NCBI GenBank assembly: GCA_965197905.1
Contig: CBDAOB010000005.1
Location: 64,001-128,000, forward strand
Source: Candidatus Latescibacterota bacterium
GTDB lineage: Bacteria > Latescibacterota > UBA2968 > UBA8231
Length of the DNA stretch: 64,000 nt
Direction: 5' to 3'
Below are positions 1 through 12,000 of this stretch, in pieces. The position numbers and the translations under genes are program-made. Each line of letters opens with the position of its first letter. Within the stretch, counting starts at the first letter, position 1. Under the pieces are notes generated by a model. That model saw only the letters and a list, made by a program, of their open reading frames with translations, was not told the origin of the DNA and searched no databases.

Positions 1-2821
1 AAACCGGGTGTATTTGGGTGCTGGCAACGGTACGTTCGCATCCGGAAGCGATGTTGACACGCCGGCAAATACCACCCGGGGTATCGCGCTGGGCGATCTG
101 GACGGAGACCTCGATCTGGATATCCTTGCAGGTAATGACAATACGGTGAATCGCTTTTACCTCAATTCAGGCAACAAAGACGGCTCCCTGACCGCCAGCG
201 GCACCCTCGACGAGAGCAGCGCCATCGCCCTGCTTGCCGGAGCCGACACCCAGGCCGAAGCGATCGACCTGTTCGACTTCAAGCTCACCGACGGTGGCGG
301 AGGTGATGGCTTGGCGCTGGCGGTTTCACAGATAGTTGTCAACACCTCGGGAACCGGTCCCTTCTCCCAGGTCACCTGGCTGCTCAACGGCCCCGACGCC
401 AGCAATGTCACCGGCACCTACAATGCCGGCACGAACAAGATCACATTCACCGGCCTCTCGATTTCCATCGCCGACGGCGCCAGCGAAACCTACACAGTGC
501 GCGGTCACTACAACAACACCAGCGGTCTGGTGAACGAAAAGACCTTTTCGCTATCGGTGGACGGGGACACCGATCTGACTACAAGCAACACCGGCACCAG
601 CATGGTGCTCAGCAGCGCGGCGGTGAGCAATGCCGCCGCAGCCAAGGTTTCAGCGGCGCCGTTGCCGACGAACAACACCGGGGTGCGTTTGTCCGAGAAC
701 GGCACGGCCTTGCTTTCCACGAGTGCGCTCTCCTTCGCGGATGGTCTCAGCACAAACGCTCAGATCGTCTACACCGTCCAGGTCGTGCCAACAGCGGGCC
801 GGCTGAGTAAGAGCGGATCGGTTCTTGGTGTGGGCAGCACCTTTGCGCAAGACGATATCGACAACAGCAGGATCAGCTATATGCACGACGGGTCTGAGCT
901 GTTCAGTGACAGCTTTACGTTCACAGTAACGGGCTCCCTGGGCCAGGCCACCGCCAACACCGTCTTCCCATTTGAGATCGATCCCGTGAACGACGCCCCA
1001 CAGCTAGATGTGTTGCGCGAGGTTCAGGTGGACGAAGGGGGAAGTGTCGTTATCAGTAACGGGTACTTGCGGGTGTTGGACGGGGACTCTCATGCCAGTA
1101 AGCTGAATTTCTCGGTGCTTGAAGGTCCGTTTTATGGTCGCGTCGACCGCAGCAGCTTTTCACAGGCCGACATTGACGAATCACGAGTACGCTACGTGCA
1201 CGACGGATCTGAAAGCCGACGGGACAGTTTGCGTTTCAGTGTCGCTGATGCCAGCGGCGCCCAGTTTGTCAGCACCTGGCTGCGTTTTGCGATTCGGGCG
1301 CTCAACGACGGCCCCATCATCCCGACGATTGAAAATCCCAGCGTAAACGAAGGAGAGCTTCTCGTACTGGACCTGGCGGCTACCGACCCGGAAGGCGCCG
1401 CGATCCAGATGACGGTGACCGGACTTCCCACTGGCGCAACGCTCGACGGCACCATGCTCAAGTGGCTGCCCCTCTATGACCAGGCCGGCACCTATCCGTT
1501 CGCAGCGATTTACGACGACGGTCAAGGCGGGATCAGTCGACTCCGAATCGATATCCAGGTGGGCGAAGCTCCCGTGCCGGTGCTGATGCCCGAACCGGCC
1601 CTGCTGGATTTCGGTGACGTGCCGGCGGGAGAGACCGCGGACAAGACGTTTGCGCTGGTCAATCAGACGCAGGTTGCGCTGGAGCTGGGCCCCTTTTCGA
1701 GCACCTCCGCCAACCTGAGTGTGTTGAGTCCGGCCTTTCCCGTTGGGCTCGACCCGGCAAAGAGGGTGGACATCGCCGTCCGCTTTGCTGCGACCAACGA
1801 CCGCGCCGACCTGCAGCAAGCACAACTGCTCAGCTCGACGAGACTGGGGCCCGTTGAAGTACCGGTCATAGGACGCAGTGTCTGGCGCAGACTGGTGGCA
1901 GACTACACCGAAATCACCTTTCTTCCCGCTGTAATCGGCGACACCCGTTGGAAACATCTGACCTTGAGCAACCCGGGAAACCTGCCGCTAGAAGTCGCTG
2001 CGCAGATTTCGAGCGACAGCCCTTTTGGCATCGAACCCGCCGCCATCACTTTACCCGGTGGTGAAAAGGCGATCATGCGGGTTCGCTTTGTGCCAGTGAT
2101 AGAAGAATCGGTGGAGGCATTATTGGCGTTGACGAGCGAGCTGGGACAAATGGACGTCCATCTACGTGGTCAGGGCCGTGAACGCGAAGAAGGACGGGTT
2201 ACCATCGACTTCAACCTGGCCAATGGGAATCAACAACAGAGTCTCGTTGGCGATGCTATACCCGGTTCCGTATACGTGCTTCAGCTTCACGCCAAGGGAG
2301 CGCCACAGGCTTCGGGATGGAGTGTCCGTGTCGACTACGACTCGGACGCTGTGTCTTATGTTGTAGGCAGCTTCGCCCCCGGCTCGTTTCTCAGCCGCTT
2401 GACACCGCTGGAGCGTGTTGAGCTAGGTTACGTGGAAGTCGGTGGTGATGCCCTGGGTCGAGAGAGTCCAGAATCGGGAAGTGGCATACTGGGCACGCTC
2501 TCCTTCCAAGTCGAAGACGGTTTCTCGGGCGCGACCGAGCTGGCGGTAAGCCGTGTAGCATGGCGTCGAGAAGGTTGGATTGGGCCGGACCGGGACCTGG
2601 TTTATGCGCCGGCCAACATCACTTCAGCGCCGGTGATTTTCTTGAGTGCCGGAGACTTCAATGAAGACGGCAGCGTCGACATCGACGATTTTTTTCTGTT
2701 CGCCGAGCAGTTTGATCGGAGCGTGCCCCCCGCCGAGCCCCGCTTCGATCTGGATGACGACGGTCGCATCGGCCAGGTCGATTTCTTTCTCTTCGCTGAC
2801 CTGGTTGTCCAAGGGTTGTAA
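1..2821 (+). CDS. Giant surface protein paralog 1, 5'-truncated by window edge (last FG-GAP repeat, cadherin-like/CSPG repeats, Ig, 2x ASH-like, cohesin-like, dockerin/EF-hand C-terminus)
   Basis: Open frame from window start; GDLDGDLDLD repeat; FAQDDIDNSRISYMHDGSE cadherin-like motif; C-terminal DFNEDGSVDIDDFFLF/FDLDDDGRIGQVDFFLF; colinear with the C-terminal halves of the next two ORFs. Confidence 0.88.
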   Translation, partial: NRVYLGAGNGTFASGSDVDTPANTTRGIALGDLDGDLDLDILAGNDNTVNRFYLNSGNKDGSLTASGTLDESSAIALLAGADTQAEAIDLFDFKLTDGGGGDGLALAVSQIVVNTSGTGPFSQVTWLLNGPDASNVTGTYNAGTNKITFTGLSISIADGASETYTVRGHYNNTSGLVNEKTFSLSVDGDTDLTTSNTGTSMVLSSAAVSNAAAAKVSAAPLPTNNTGVRLSENGTALLSTSALSFADGLSTNAQIVYTVQVVPTAGRLSKSGSVLGVGSTFAQDDIDNSRISYMHDGSELFSDSFTFTVTGSLGQATANTVFPFEIDPVNDAPQLDVLREVQVDEGGSVVISNGYLRVLDGDSHASKLNFSVLEGPFYGRVDRSSFSQADIDESRVRYVHDGSESRRDSLRFSVADASGAQFVSTWLRFAIRALNDGPIIPTIENPSVNEGELLVLDLAATDPEGAAIQMTVTGLPTGATLDGTMLKWLPLYDQAGTYPFAAIYDDGQGGISRLRIDIQVGEAPVPVLMPEPALLDFGDVPAGETADKTFALVNQTQVALELGPFSSTSANLSVLSPAFPVGLDPAKRVDIAVRFAATNDRADLQQAQLLSSTRLGPVEVPVIGRSVWRRLVADYTEITFLPAVIGDTRWKHLTLSNPGNLPLEVAAQISSDSPFGIEPAAITLPGGEKAIMRVRFVPVIEESVEALLALTSELGQMDVHLRGQGREREEGRVTIDFNLANGNQQQSLVGDAIPGSVYVLQLHAKGAPQASGWSVRVDYDSDAVSYVVGSFAPGSFLSRLTPLERVELGYVEVGGDALGRESPESGSGILGTLSFQVEDGFSGATELAVSRVAWRREGWIGPDRDLVYAPANITSAPVIFLSAGDFNEDGSVDIDDFFLFAEQFDRSVPPAEPRFDLDDDGRIGQVDFFLFADLVVQGL

Positions 2822-3134
2822 CTCCGCGCACGAAGTCGTTTAGCTGCTAGTGGTGACTGAACTGGCACGCGCGACCGGCTCCGAGTAAATTCCTCTGTTC
2901 AACGCTGCGGGGGTGCGTCACCCACTTTACCGTTGGTCCTCCCAATTTTCTCGTCATTTCAAGGTGTTTGACGCAACCCTCTATATTCGACGGGCACCGG
3001 ACCAACGTGTGAAGGCATCACAACCTTTCATCCCTTCGATTGCTACATTGGGCCATCACTTAGCCCGGATTCTGCGACGTTGGTTGCAAGCGTTTTAGGG
3101 GGAAGACTGTGCAGAGGTCTCGAAACCGGTTCAG

Positions 3135-6100
3135 GTGCCCGACAAGAAAGCAATGACGACTGAACGTCCCAACGCCAACATAGCCCAGCTGAGCGACCGT
3201 GCCCTCTACCGTCGCAGCGAAGAGATGCTGTTCGAGGCGGCGCGGCTGCACTGCAGCGGCCGGCGCTCCGGTTTGCGCAAGCGGGTGCGTCGTTACCTGA
3301 AGCCGTATCGGCGGGATCGGACCTTTCTCGCCTCCCTCGTGTCTTCGGTAGGCCGGGCCCTGGTCGTTGCCTACCTGTTGGCGCAGCTGTGGGCTACCGA
3401 GGTGAGTGCCCAACCCTCTTTCAGCTCCTCCTCGCCGGCCAACGCTAAACACAACATCACGGTCGGCAGCAACATCACGGCGACTTTCAGCCAAGCGATC
3501 GCCTCCGGTACGGTCTCGAGCTCTACGTTTGTGGTGCACGGTGGGTTCATCGGCAAACATTCAACCGGAGGCACCGCCAGCACTCACAAGGACGCCACCT
3601 ACACCGGCGGCGGCACGACGACCTTGACCATCAATCCAGGGGCCAACCTCGCGCCGGGTGAGCTGTTGAGCGTGACGCTGACGACGGGGCTGCAGAATGG
3701 TAGTGCCCAGGCGCTGTCGTCCGCAAAGGTGTTTCAGTTCCGGGCGGCGACGACTGGTGGACCGGCGGTGTTCAGTAACAATTCGCATAACGTCGATGCG
3801 TCGACCAATGCAACCCGATCAATTTCGTTGGGTGATCTGGATGGCGATGGCGATCTGGATCTGGTCACCGGGGATTACAGTCAGGTAAACCGCGTGTACT
3901 TGGGCAACAGCAATGGCACGTTCGCTGCGGGCAGCAACGTCGCTACGCCGACGAATCAAACCTGGTCCGTGTCACTGGGTGATCTGGATGGAGACGGCGA
4001 TCTTGATTTTCTCGCGGGTAATCGATTTCAGGCAAACCGGGTATACCTGGGCAATGGCAATGGTACCTTCGCTTCGGGCAATAATGCCGATACGCCGGCG
4101 AATTCGACCTTGTCGGTGTCTTTAGGTGATCTGGACGGGGATGGTGATCTGGATCTGGTAACAGGTAATGGGAACTCTCAGGTGAACCGCGTATACCTGG
4201 GCAATGGCAATGGCACGTTTGCTTCGGGCAACAATGTCGATACCCCGGCGAATGTTACCCAATTCGTGTCTTTGGGGGATTTGGACGGAGACGGCGATCT
4301 GGATCTGGTTACTGGAAATTTCAACCAGGTGAACCGGGTATATCTGGGTGATGGCGACGGAACGTTCGCCTCGGGCAGCGATATCGACGCGGCAACGAAT
4401 TCCACTCAGTCCGTGACGCTAGGGGACTTCGATGAGGATGGCGATCTGGATCTGGTTACAGGCGATAATGGCCAGGTGACCCGACTCCATTTGGGCAACG
4501 GCAATGGCTCGTTCGCGGCGGGCAGTGCAATCGCCACGCCTACCAACGGGACCCTCATAGCGTTGGTGGGAGATGTGGACGGGAATGGCGACCTGGACCT
4601 TGTCACGGGCAACTGGAACCAGGTGAACCGGGTGTATTTGGGCAATGGAAACGGAACCTTTTCCTCGGGCAGCGATGTCGACACACCGACCAATCAAACC
4701 TTTAAGGCGTTATTGGGGGATCTGGACGGAGATGGCGATTTGGATCTGGTCGCCGCCAATTATACTCAAGTGAACCGGATCTATCTGAACAATAACACCA
4801 AATTCTCGTCGTCCTCTCCGGCGGCCAACGCCAACAGCGCGGCGACCACTACCAACATCAGCCCCACTTTCACTCAGTCGATGCAGGCCGCCACGAATTC
4901 GACCTTTGTAGTGCACGGCAGTATGACGGGCAAACGCACTGGGACCTACAGCGGGTCGAACAGCACGACCCTGTCTTTTGATTCAACCAAAGACTTCCTG
5001 CCGGGTGAGGTCGTGGATGTAACGCTGACGGCAGGATTGCAGAACACCAGTGGTGATGCAATGCAACCGCCCCGGGCGTATCGGTTGCGCACGGCCGCGG
5101 TACAGGGGCCGGCGGTGTTCAGTAATATCTCTAATGATGTGGCTACGCCGACGAACCAGACCTATTCTGTATCGTTAGGTGATTTGGATGGCGACGGCGA
5201 TATCGATATCGTCGCCGGCAATGCCGGTCCGGTAAACCGGGTATATTTAGGCAACGGCAACGGCACCTTCGCTTCCGGCAGCGATGTCGACACCCCGACG
5301 AATACTACCCGGGCTGTTCCCTTAGGAGATGTGGATGGGGACGGCGATCTGGATCTGGTCGCAGGAAATCAGAATCAAGCGAATCGCGTCTATTTAGGTA
5401 CCGGAAACGGTACCTTCGCCACCGGCAACGACGTCGATACGCCGACGAATCAAACCTACTCCCTGTCGTTAGGAGATATAGATGGAGACGGTGATCTGGA
5501 TCTACTCGTAGGCAATCAGAATCAAGTAAATCGCGTCTATTTAGGCAACGGCAACGGTACTTTCGCCACCGGCAACGATGTCGATGCCGCGACGAATAAT
5601 ACCATTTTCGTATCGTTAGGGGATGTGGATGGGGACGGCGATTTGGATCTGGTCACTGGTGATTACAATCAAGTGAATCGGGTGTACCAAGGCGACGGCA
5701 ACGGCACCTTCGGCTCGCCCAGCAATGTCGACACTCCAACGAATAATACTAATTCCATATCGTTAGGGGATCTAGATAGCGACGGCGATTTGGATCTGGC
5801 CACCGGCAATTTCAATCAGGTGAACCGGATATATCTGGGCAATGGCAATGGCACGTTTGCCTCGGGCAACGATGTCGACACTCCGACGAACGCGACCATT
5901 TCCTTATCGCTAGGGGATGTGGATGGGGATGGTGACCTGGATCTGCTCGCGGGCAATTACAATCAGGTGAACCGGTTTTATTTAGGTATCGGCAATGGCG
6001 CGTTTGCCTCGGGCAGCGATGTCGATACGCCGGCGAACAATACCGACGCCGTATCGTTAGGGGATCTAGATGGTGACAATGATCTCGATTTGGTTACAGG

Positions 6101-8783
6101 AAATCGCAGTGAAGTGAACCGAGTCTACCTCAATTCGGGCAACAAGGACGGTACCCTGACCGCCAGCGCCACTCTGGATGAGAGCAGCACCATCAACCTC
6201 ACCTCCACCGTCGATACCGCAGCCGAGGCTGTGGACTTATTCGACTTCACATTCACCGACGGTTCCGGCGGCGACGGTCTGGCGCTGATCGTTTCAAAGA
6301 TCGTGCTCAATACTTCCGGCACAGGTGCCTTCTCGCAAGTTGTCTGGCTGCTCAACGGCCCCGACGCCAGCAACGTCGGCGGCACCTACAGCTCCAGCGC
6401 CAACACCATTACGTTTTCTGGTCTTTCGATCTCGGTGGCCGACGGCGCCAACGAGACCTACAAGATTCGGGGTTATTACAGCGACACGACCGGTTTGGTC
6501 GATGGCGCGACCTTCTCGCTGTCCTTGGACGGTGATACCGAGGTTACCGCGACCGCCGGTTCGAGCATGTCGGGCGGTAACAGTGCGGTGAGCAATGCGG
6601 CCGCCGCCAAGGTGGTAGCGCCTCCCTTGCCCACCAGCAACCGGGTCGTGCACCTGCCGGAAAACAGCTCGGTAATGCTCGCCTCGAACCTGCTGACCTT
6701 CGCCGATGCCTCCAGCACGACTGGACAGATCGTCTACACCGTGCAGGCTGTTCCCACCGCTGGTAAACTCATCAAGAGTGGCTCAACACTTGGTGCGGGT
6801 GGCACCTTCACCCAGGACGATATCGACAACAACCGCATCAGCTATGCACATGGCGGCTCCGAGTTTTCCAATGACCATTTCCTTTTCACAGTAATCGGCA
6901 CGCCGGGGCTGACTACCGCCAATACCGCCTTCCAAATCGAGGTCGATCCGGTCAACGACGCACCCGCTCTCGATGTGCTGCGCGAGGTCCATGTGGACGA
7001 AGGTGGAACCGTTGTCATCAGCAATGGGTATTTGCGAGTTCTGGACAGCGATGCAAAAGCCAGCGCAGTGACGTTTACCGTACACGAGGGTCCGTTCCAT
7101 GGCCGACTCGGCCGCAGCACCTTTTCTCAAGCCGACATCGACCGATCGCTGGTGAGCTACGTGCACGACGGCTCCGAAACCCAGCGGGACAGTCTGTTGT
7201 TCAGCGTCTCCGACGGCAACGGCGCTGGGCTCGTCACTACCTGGCTGAGCTTTGCGGTACGCTCGCTCAACGATGGACCGATCATCCCGTCCATCGAAAA
7301 CCCCAATATCAAGGAAGGAGAGCTACTGGTCCTGGACCTGACGGCAACCGACCCAGAAGGGGCGGCGCTCACGACCACCGTCACCGGACTTCCAACCGGG
7401 GCGACGCTCGACGGCACCATGCTCAAGTGGCTGCCCCTCTACGACCAGGCCGGATCCTATCCGTTGGCTGCTGTCTACGATGACGGTCAAGGCGGAACCA
7501 GCCGGCTTCGCATCGACATAAACGTCGCCGATTCCCCGGTGCCGATGCTTTTGCCCGAGCCGAGCTTGGTGGACTTTGGAGATGTTCCCGCCGGAGAGAC
7601 CGCGGACAGGTCGTTCGCACTGGTCAATCAGGCGCCAGTTGCTCTGGACCTGGCTCCTTTTTCGAGTACGTCCTCTAATCTGAACATTTCCAGTCCCGTG
7701 TTCCCGCAAACTCTAGAACCTGGGGAGCGCGTCGACATTGCTGTGCGTTTTACCGCCACTGCCGACCGCGCCGACCTGCAGCAAGCACTGCTGACCAGCG
7801 CTACGAAACTTGGACCGGCGGAAGTGCCGGTCGTGGGACGCAGCGTCTGGCGGCGACTCGTCGCCGACAATGACGAAATCGCTTTCCTGCCGGCGGTGAT
7901 CGGTGACACGCGCTGGAAGCATCTGAACCTGAGCAATCCGGGAAACCTTGCACTCGAAGTTTCGGCTCAACTTCCAGACCCCACGCCCTTTGGCGTCGAG
8001 CCCAGTGAATTGACCTTGCCGGGCGGCCAAGACAAAATCATGCGCGTTCGCTTCGTACCTATCACAATCGAACCTGCAGAGGAACTGCTAACGTTGACGA
8101 GCGAGCTAGGGCAAGTGGATATCCCGCTAAGGGGACAAGGGCGCGAACCCGAAAAGGGCCAGGTTAGCATAGACTTCAATCCGGACCAGGGGAATCAGCA
8201 GCAGAACCTCATCGGCGGTGCCATTTCCGGTTCGGTGTACGTGCTTCAGCTCCATGCCAGTGGAGTGCCACAGGTGTCGGGATGGAGCGTACGCATCGAC
8301 TACGACCCGGACGAGTTGTCGTACGTGGAAGGCAGCTTTGCTCCGGGTTCGTTTCTCCGCCGGATTACGCCGCTAGAGCGTGTCGGCGAGGGTTATGTGG
8401 AGGCCGGTGGTGAGGCACTCGGTGGCGAGAGCTTAGCAAGGGGGAACGGCGTTCTGGGGACCCTCTCATTCCAGGTGGACGACGGATTCTCGGGTCAGAC
8501 CGAGCTGTCCGTGAGTCGGGTGACGTGGCATCGGGAGGACCGGATAGGCCTGGATCGAAACTTTGTCTACGCCTCGGCCAACATAACCGCCGCCGCCGTG
8601 ACCTTCATCAGCCCTGCAGATTTCAACGCCGATGGCAGTGTCGACACCGACGATTTCCTGTTGTTTGCGGATCAGTTTGGTCGCCGCGTGCCGCCGGCCG
8701 AGCCCCGCTTCGATCTGGATGGCGATGGTCGGGTCAGCCACCTGGATTTCTTTCTCTTTGCCGACCTGGTTTTCCAGGAGTAG
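3135..8783 (+). CDS. Giant surface protein paralog 2 (extended leader, Big_5-like Ig + 7 FG-GAP repeats twice, cadherin-like, Ig, ASH-like, cohesin-like, dockerin/EF-hand)
   Basis: 1882-aa ORF; 14 GD(L/V)DGDGDLD-type repeats in two groups of 7; signal-like h-region ALVVAYLLAQLWATEVSA|Q; start may be GTG 3135 or ATG 3153. Confidence 0.9.
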   Translation: MPDKKAMTTERPNANIAQLSDRALYRRSEEMLFEAARLHCSGRRSGLRKRVRRYLKPYRRDRTFLASLVSSVGRALVVAYLLAQLWATEVSAQPSFSSSSPANAKHNITVGSNITATFSQAIASGTVSSSTFVVHGGFIGKHSTGGTASTHKDATYTGGGTTTLTINPGANLAPGELLSVTLTTGLQNGSAQALSSAKVFQFRAATTGGPAVFSNNSHNVDASTNATRSISLGDLDGDGDLDLVTGDYSQVNRVYLGNSNGTFAAGSNVATPTNQTWSVSLGDLDGDGDLDFLAGNRFQANRVYLGNGNGTFASGNNADTPANSTLSVSLGDLDGDGDLDLVTGNGNSQVNRVYLGNGNGTFASGNNVDTPANVTQFVSLGDLDGDGDLDLVTGNFNQVNRVYLGDGDGTFASGSDIDAATNSTQSVTLGDFDEDGDLDLVTGDNGQVTRLHLGNGNGSFAAGSAIATPTNGTLIALVGDVDGNGDLDLVTGNWNQVNRVYLGNGNGTFSSGSDVDTPTNQTFKALLGDLDGDGDLDLVAANYTQVNRIYLNNNTKFSSSSPAANANSAATTTNISPTFTQSMQAATNSTFVVHGSMTGKRTGTYSGSNSTTLSFDSTKDFLPGEVVDVTLTAGLQNTSGDAMQPPRAYRLRTAAVQGPAVFSNISNDVATPTNQTYSVSLGDLDGDGDIDIVAGNAGPVNRVYLGNGNGTFASGSDVDTPTNTTRAVPLGDVDGDGDLDLVAGNQNQANRVYLGTGNGTFATGNDVDTPTNQTYSLSLGDIDGDGDLDLLVGNQNQVNRVYLGNGNGTFATGNDVDAATNNTIFVSLGDVDGDGDLDLVTGDYNQVNRVYQGDGNGTFGSPSNVDTPTNNTNSISLGDLDSDGDLDLATGNFNQVNRIYLGNGNGTFASGNDVDTPTNATISLSLGDVDGDGDLDLLAGNYNQVNRFYLGIGNGAFASGSDVDTPANNTDAVSLGDLDGDNDLDLVTGNRSEVNRVYLNSGNKDGTLTASATLDESSTINLTSTVDTAAEAVDLFDFTFTDGSGGDGLALIVSKIVLNTSGTGAFSQVVWLLNGPDASNVGGTYSSSANTITFSGLSISVADGANETYKIRGYYSDTTGLVDGATFSLSLDGDTEVTATAGSSMSGGNSAVSNAAAAKVVAPPLPTSNRVVHLPENSSVMLASNLLTFADASSTTGQIVYTVQAVPTAGKLIKSGSTLGAGGTFTQDDIDNNRISYAHGGSEFSNDHFLFTVIGTPGLTTANTAFQIEVDPVNDAPALDVLREVHVDEGGTVVISNGYLRVLDSDAKASAVTFTVHEGPFHGRLGRSTFSQADIDRSLVSYVHDGSETQRDSLLFSVSDGNGAGLVTTWLSFAVRSLNDGPIIPSIENPNIKEGELLVLDLTATDPEGAALTTTVTGLPTGATLDGTMLKWLPLYDQAGSYPLAAVYDDGQGGTSRLRIDINVADSPVPMLLPEPSLVDFGDVPAGETADRSFALVNQAPVALDLAPFSSTSSNLNISSPVFPQTLEPGERVDIAVRFTATADRADLQQALLTSATKLGPAEVPVVGRSVWRRLVADNDEIAFLPAVIGDTRWKHLNLSNPGNLALEVSAQLPDPTPFGVEPSELTLPGGQDKIMRVRFVPITIEPAEELLTLTSELGQVDIPLRGQGREPEKGQVSIDFNPDQGNQQQNLIGGAISGSVYVLQLHASGVPQVSGWSVRIDYDPDELSYVEGSFAPGSFLRRITPLERVGEGYVEAGGEALGGESLARGNGVLGTLSFQVDDGFSGQTELSVSRVTWHREDRIGLDRNFVYASANITAAAVTFISPADFNADGSVDTDDFLLFADQFGRRVPPAEPRFDLDGDGRVSHLDFFLFADLVFQE

Positions 8784-9031
8784 CTGAGCAGCTGGTTTAC
8801 GACTGGCTGCTATACTCCCACGACCGTGATTCAGGCTTCGTGGTGCTGGCGGATCTCACACCAAGCTATGCCCAGATATCGGTAGCAGCTTCACGTGCGA
8901 CAGGCTCACGATAGATCACCACCCCCCCTCCGTTCATTTATTATATTGAGCGATTAATTCGCGTCGAGTTTCGGCCAATAGCCCATTCCTTATGCAGGGA
9001 TGGCGCGAACCGCCCCGCAACGTCACCGAGG

Positions 9032-12000
9032 TTGAGTCGCCCTATGCATAAAGCGATAATGACCGAGGGTAGGGCCAACGTCGATCACCTGAGCGACCGG
9101 GCGCTCTACCGCCGCAGCGAGGAGATGCTCTTCGAGGCGGCGAGGCTGCACTGCAGCGGCCGGCGCTCCGGCCTGCGCAAGCGGATACGCCGCTACCTGA
9201 AGCCGTATCGGCGGGATCGGACCTTTCTCGCCTCCCTCGTTTCTTCGGTAGGCCGGGCCCTGGTCGTTGCCTACCTCTTGGCGCAGCTGTGGGCTGCCGA
9301 GGTGAGTGCCCAACCTTCCTTCAGCTCCTCCTCGCCGGCCAACGCTAAACACAACATCGCAGTCGGCAGCAACATCACGGCTACCTTTTCCCAGGCGATC
9401 GCTTCGGGCACTGTGTCGAGCTCCACCTTCGTGCTGCACGGCGGTTTCATTGGCAAACATTCAACCGGGGGCACCGCCAGCACCCACAAGGACGCTACCT
9501 ACACCGGCGGCGGCACGACGACTCTGACCCTCAATCCGGGAGCTAACTTCGCGCCGGGAGAGCTGTTGAGCGTGACCTTGACGACGGGCTTGCAGAATGG
9601 GAGCGCACAGGCGTTGTCGGCGGCGAAAGTGTTTCAGTTTATGGCGGCAACCAGCGGTGGGCCGGCGGTGTTCAGCAATGAATCGCAAAACTTTGGGACG
9701 GGCAGCGATGGGACCTTCGAGGTTGTTGCTGGCGATGTGGACGGAGACGGCGATCTGGACCTGGCGGTCGGCAACCATACTGGGCAGAATGTCGTGTATC
9801 TGGGCGATGGGGACGGGACGTTTGCTACGGCCGGTAACAATTTCGGCCCAGGGGGCGGGCAAACATGGACGGTGCAGTTCGGCGACGTGGACGGAGACGG
9901 CGATCTGGACGCAGCCTCGGCTGAGTACAACAGCCAGAATCGCGTCTACTTCGGAGACGGAGACGGCACCTTCGACACGACGAACACCAACTACGGTACC
10001 GGCATTGACAAAACGGTTCAGGTACTGCTTGGGGATCTGGACGGGGACGGCGACCTCGACCTGGTTGGCGGAACCTACACGTTGCAAAACGTAGTGTATA
10101 TGGGGGATGGAGACGGGTCCTTCGATACGACCAGTCACAATTTCGGCACCGGTACCGACAATACTCGAGCCCTGGCACTTGGCGATGCGGACGGGGATGG
10201 CGATCTGGATCTATTCGTCGGCAACAACGCGGCGCAGAATGTCGTGTATATGGGGGATGGAGACGGCACGTTCGATACAACCAGCAACAACTTCGGACCG
10301 GGTACCCAGGCGACAGTCGATCTTACGCTAGGTGATGTGGACGGGGACGGGGATCTGGACTTGCTCGTGGGGAATGCAGCCGCGCAACAGAATGTCCTGC
10401 ATTTAGGCGATGGCGACGGCACTTTCGACACGACTAGCATCAACTTCGGCACTGGATCTGACGGGACCTACGCCGTGAGGTTGGGCGATCTGGACGGGGA
10501 CGGCGATCTGGACTTGTTCGCGGGCAACTACGGTGGACAGGATGTCGTGTACCTAGGGGATGGGGACGGGACCTTTGATACGACCAGTCGCAACTTAGGT
10601 ACTGGAAGTGAGAAGACATCGACCGGCTCGATGGGAGACCTGGACGGGGATGGTGACCTGGACATCGTCGTGGGAAGCAGAAATGAGCAAAATGTGGTCT
10701 ATCTAAACAACGAAACGGCGTTCTCGTCATCTTCGCCGGCGGCCAACGCCAACAGTGTGGCCACCACCACCAACGTCAGCGCCACCTTCAATAAGACCAT
10801 GAAGGCGGCGACGAGCTCGACCTTTTTGGTGTACGGCAGTATGACGGGTAAACGCGCGGGGAGCTACAGCGGTGCGGGAAGCACGACCGCGACGTTCGAT
10901 CCGACGAAGGACTTCAAGCCCGGTGAGCTGGTGGAAGTAACGGTGACACCGGGCCTGCAGAGCACCGCCGGCGATGCGGTGCAACCGCCTCGGGTGTATC
11001 AGTTTCGCGCAGCGGCAGCCAAGGGGCCGGTGGTGTTCAGTCATGTTTCGAGCGATGTCGCCACGCCAACGAACGATACCTGGGAGGCTTTGTTGGGAGA
11101 TCTTGACGCGGACGGCGATCTGGATCTGGTCACTGGCAATAACAATCAAGTGAACCGGGTGTATTTGGGTAATGGCAATAGCACGTTCGCCTCCGGTAAC
11201 GACCTGGCCACGCCAGCGAATAGCACCCGAACCGCGGCGTTAGGTGATTTGGACGGGGACGGCGACGTGGATCTGGTTACCGGTAATGCCAGCTCCACTG
11301 TAAACCGGGTGTATTTGAGCAACGGCAACGGCACCTTCGCTTCGGGCAACGATGTCGCTACGCCGACCAACAACACCTGGTCGGTGTCATTGGGTGATTT
11401 GGATGGGGACAGCGACCTAGATCTGGTCACCACCAACGCAAATCAGGTGAACCGGGTGTATCTAAGCAACGGCAATGGCATCTTTGCGACGGGCAGCGAT
11501 GTCGATACGCCGACAAATAATAGCCAGACCGCATTGTTAGGCGATTTGGACGGGGACGGCGACGTGGATCTGGTTACCGGTAATGCCAGCTCCACTGTAA
11601 ACCGGGTGTATTTGGGCAATGGCAATGGCTCCTTCGCGTCGGGCAGCGACGTTGCCACGCCGGCGAATACCACCCGAACCGCGGCGTTAGGTGATTTGGA
11701 CGGGGACGGCGACCTGGATCTGGTTACCGGCAATGACGGTCAAGTGAACCGGGTGTATTTGAGCAACGGCAACGGCACCTTCGCTTCGGGCAACGATGTC
11801 GCCACGCCGACCAACAACACCTGGTCGGTGTCATTGGGAGATATGGATGGGGATGGCGATCTGGACTTCGTCGCAGGCAATTACCCTCAGGTGAACCGGG
11901 TGTATTTGGGTAATGGCAATGGCACGTTCGCTACCGGCAGTGATGTCGATACGCCGACCAACAAGACCTTCGCCGTGCCGTTGGGAGACTTGGATGGGGA

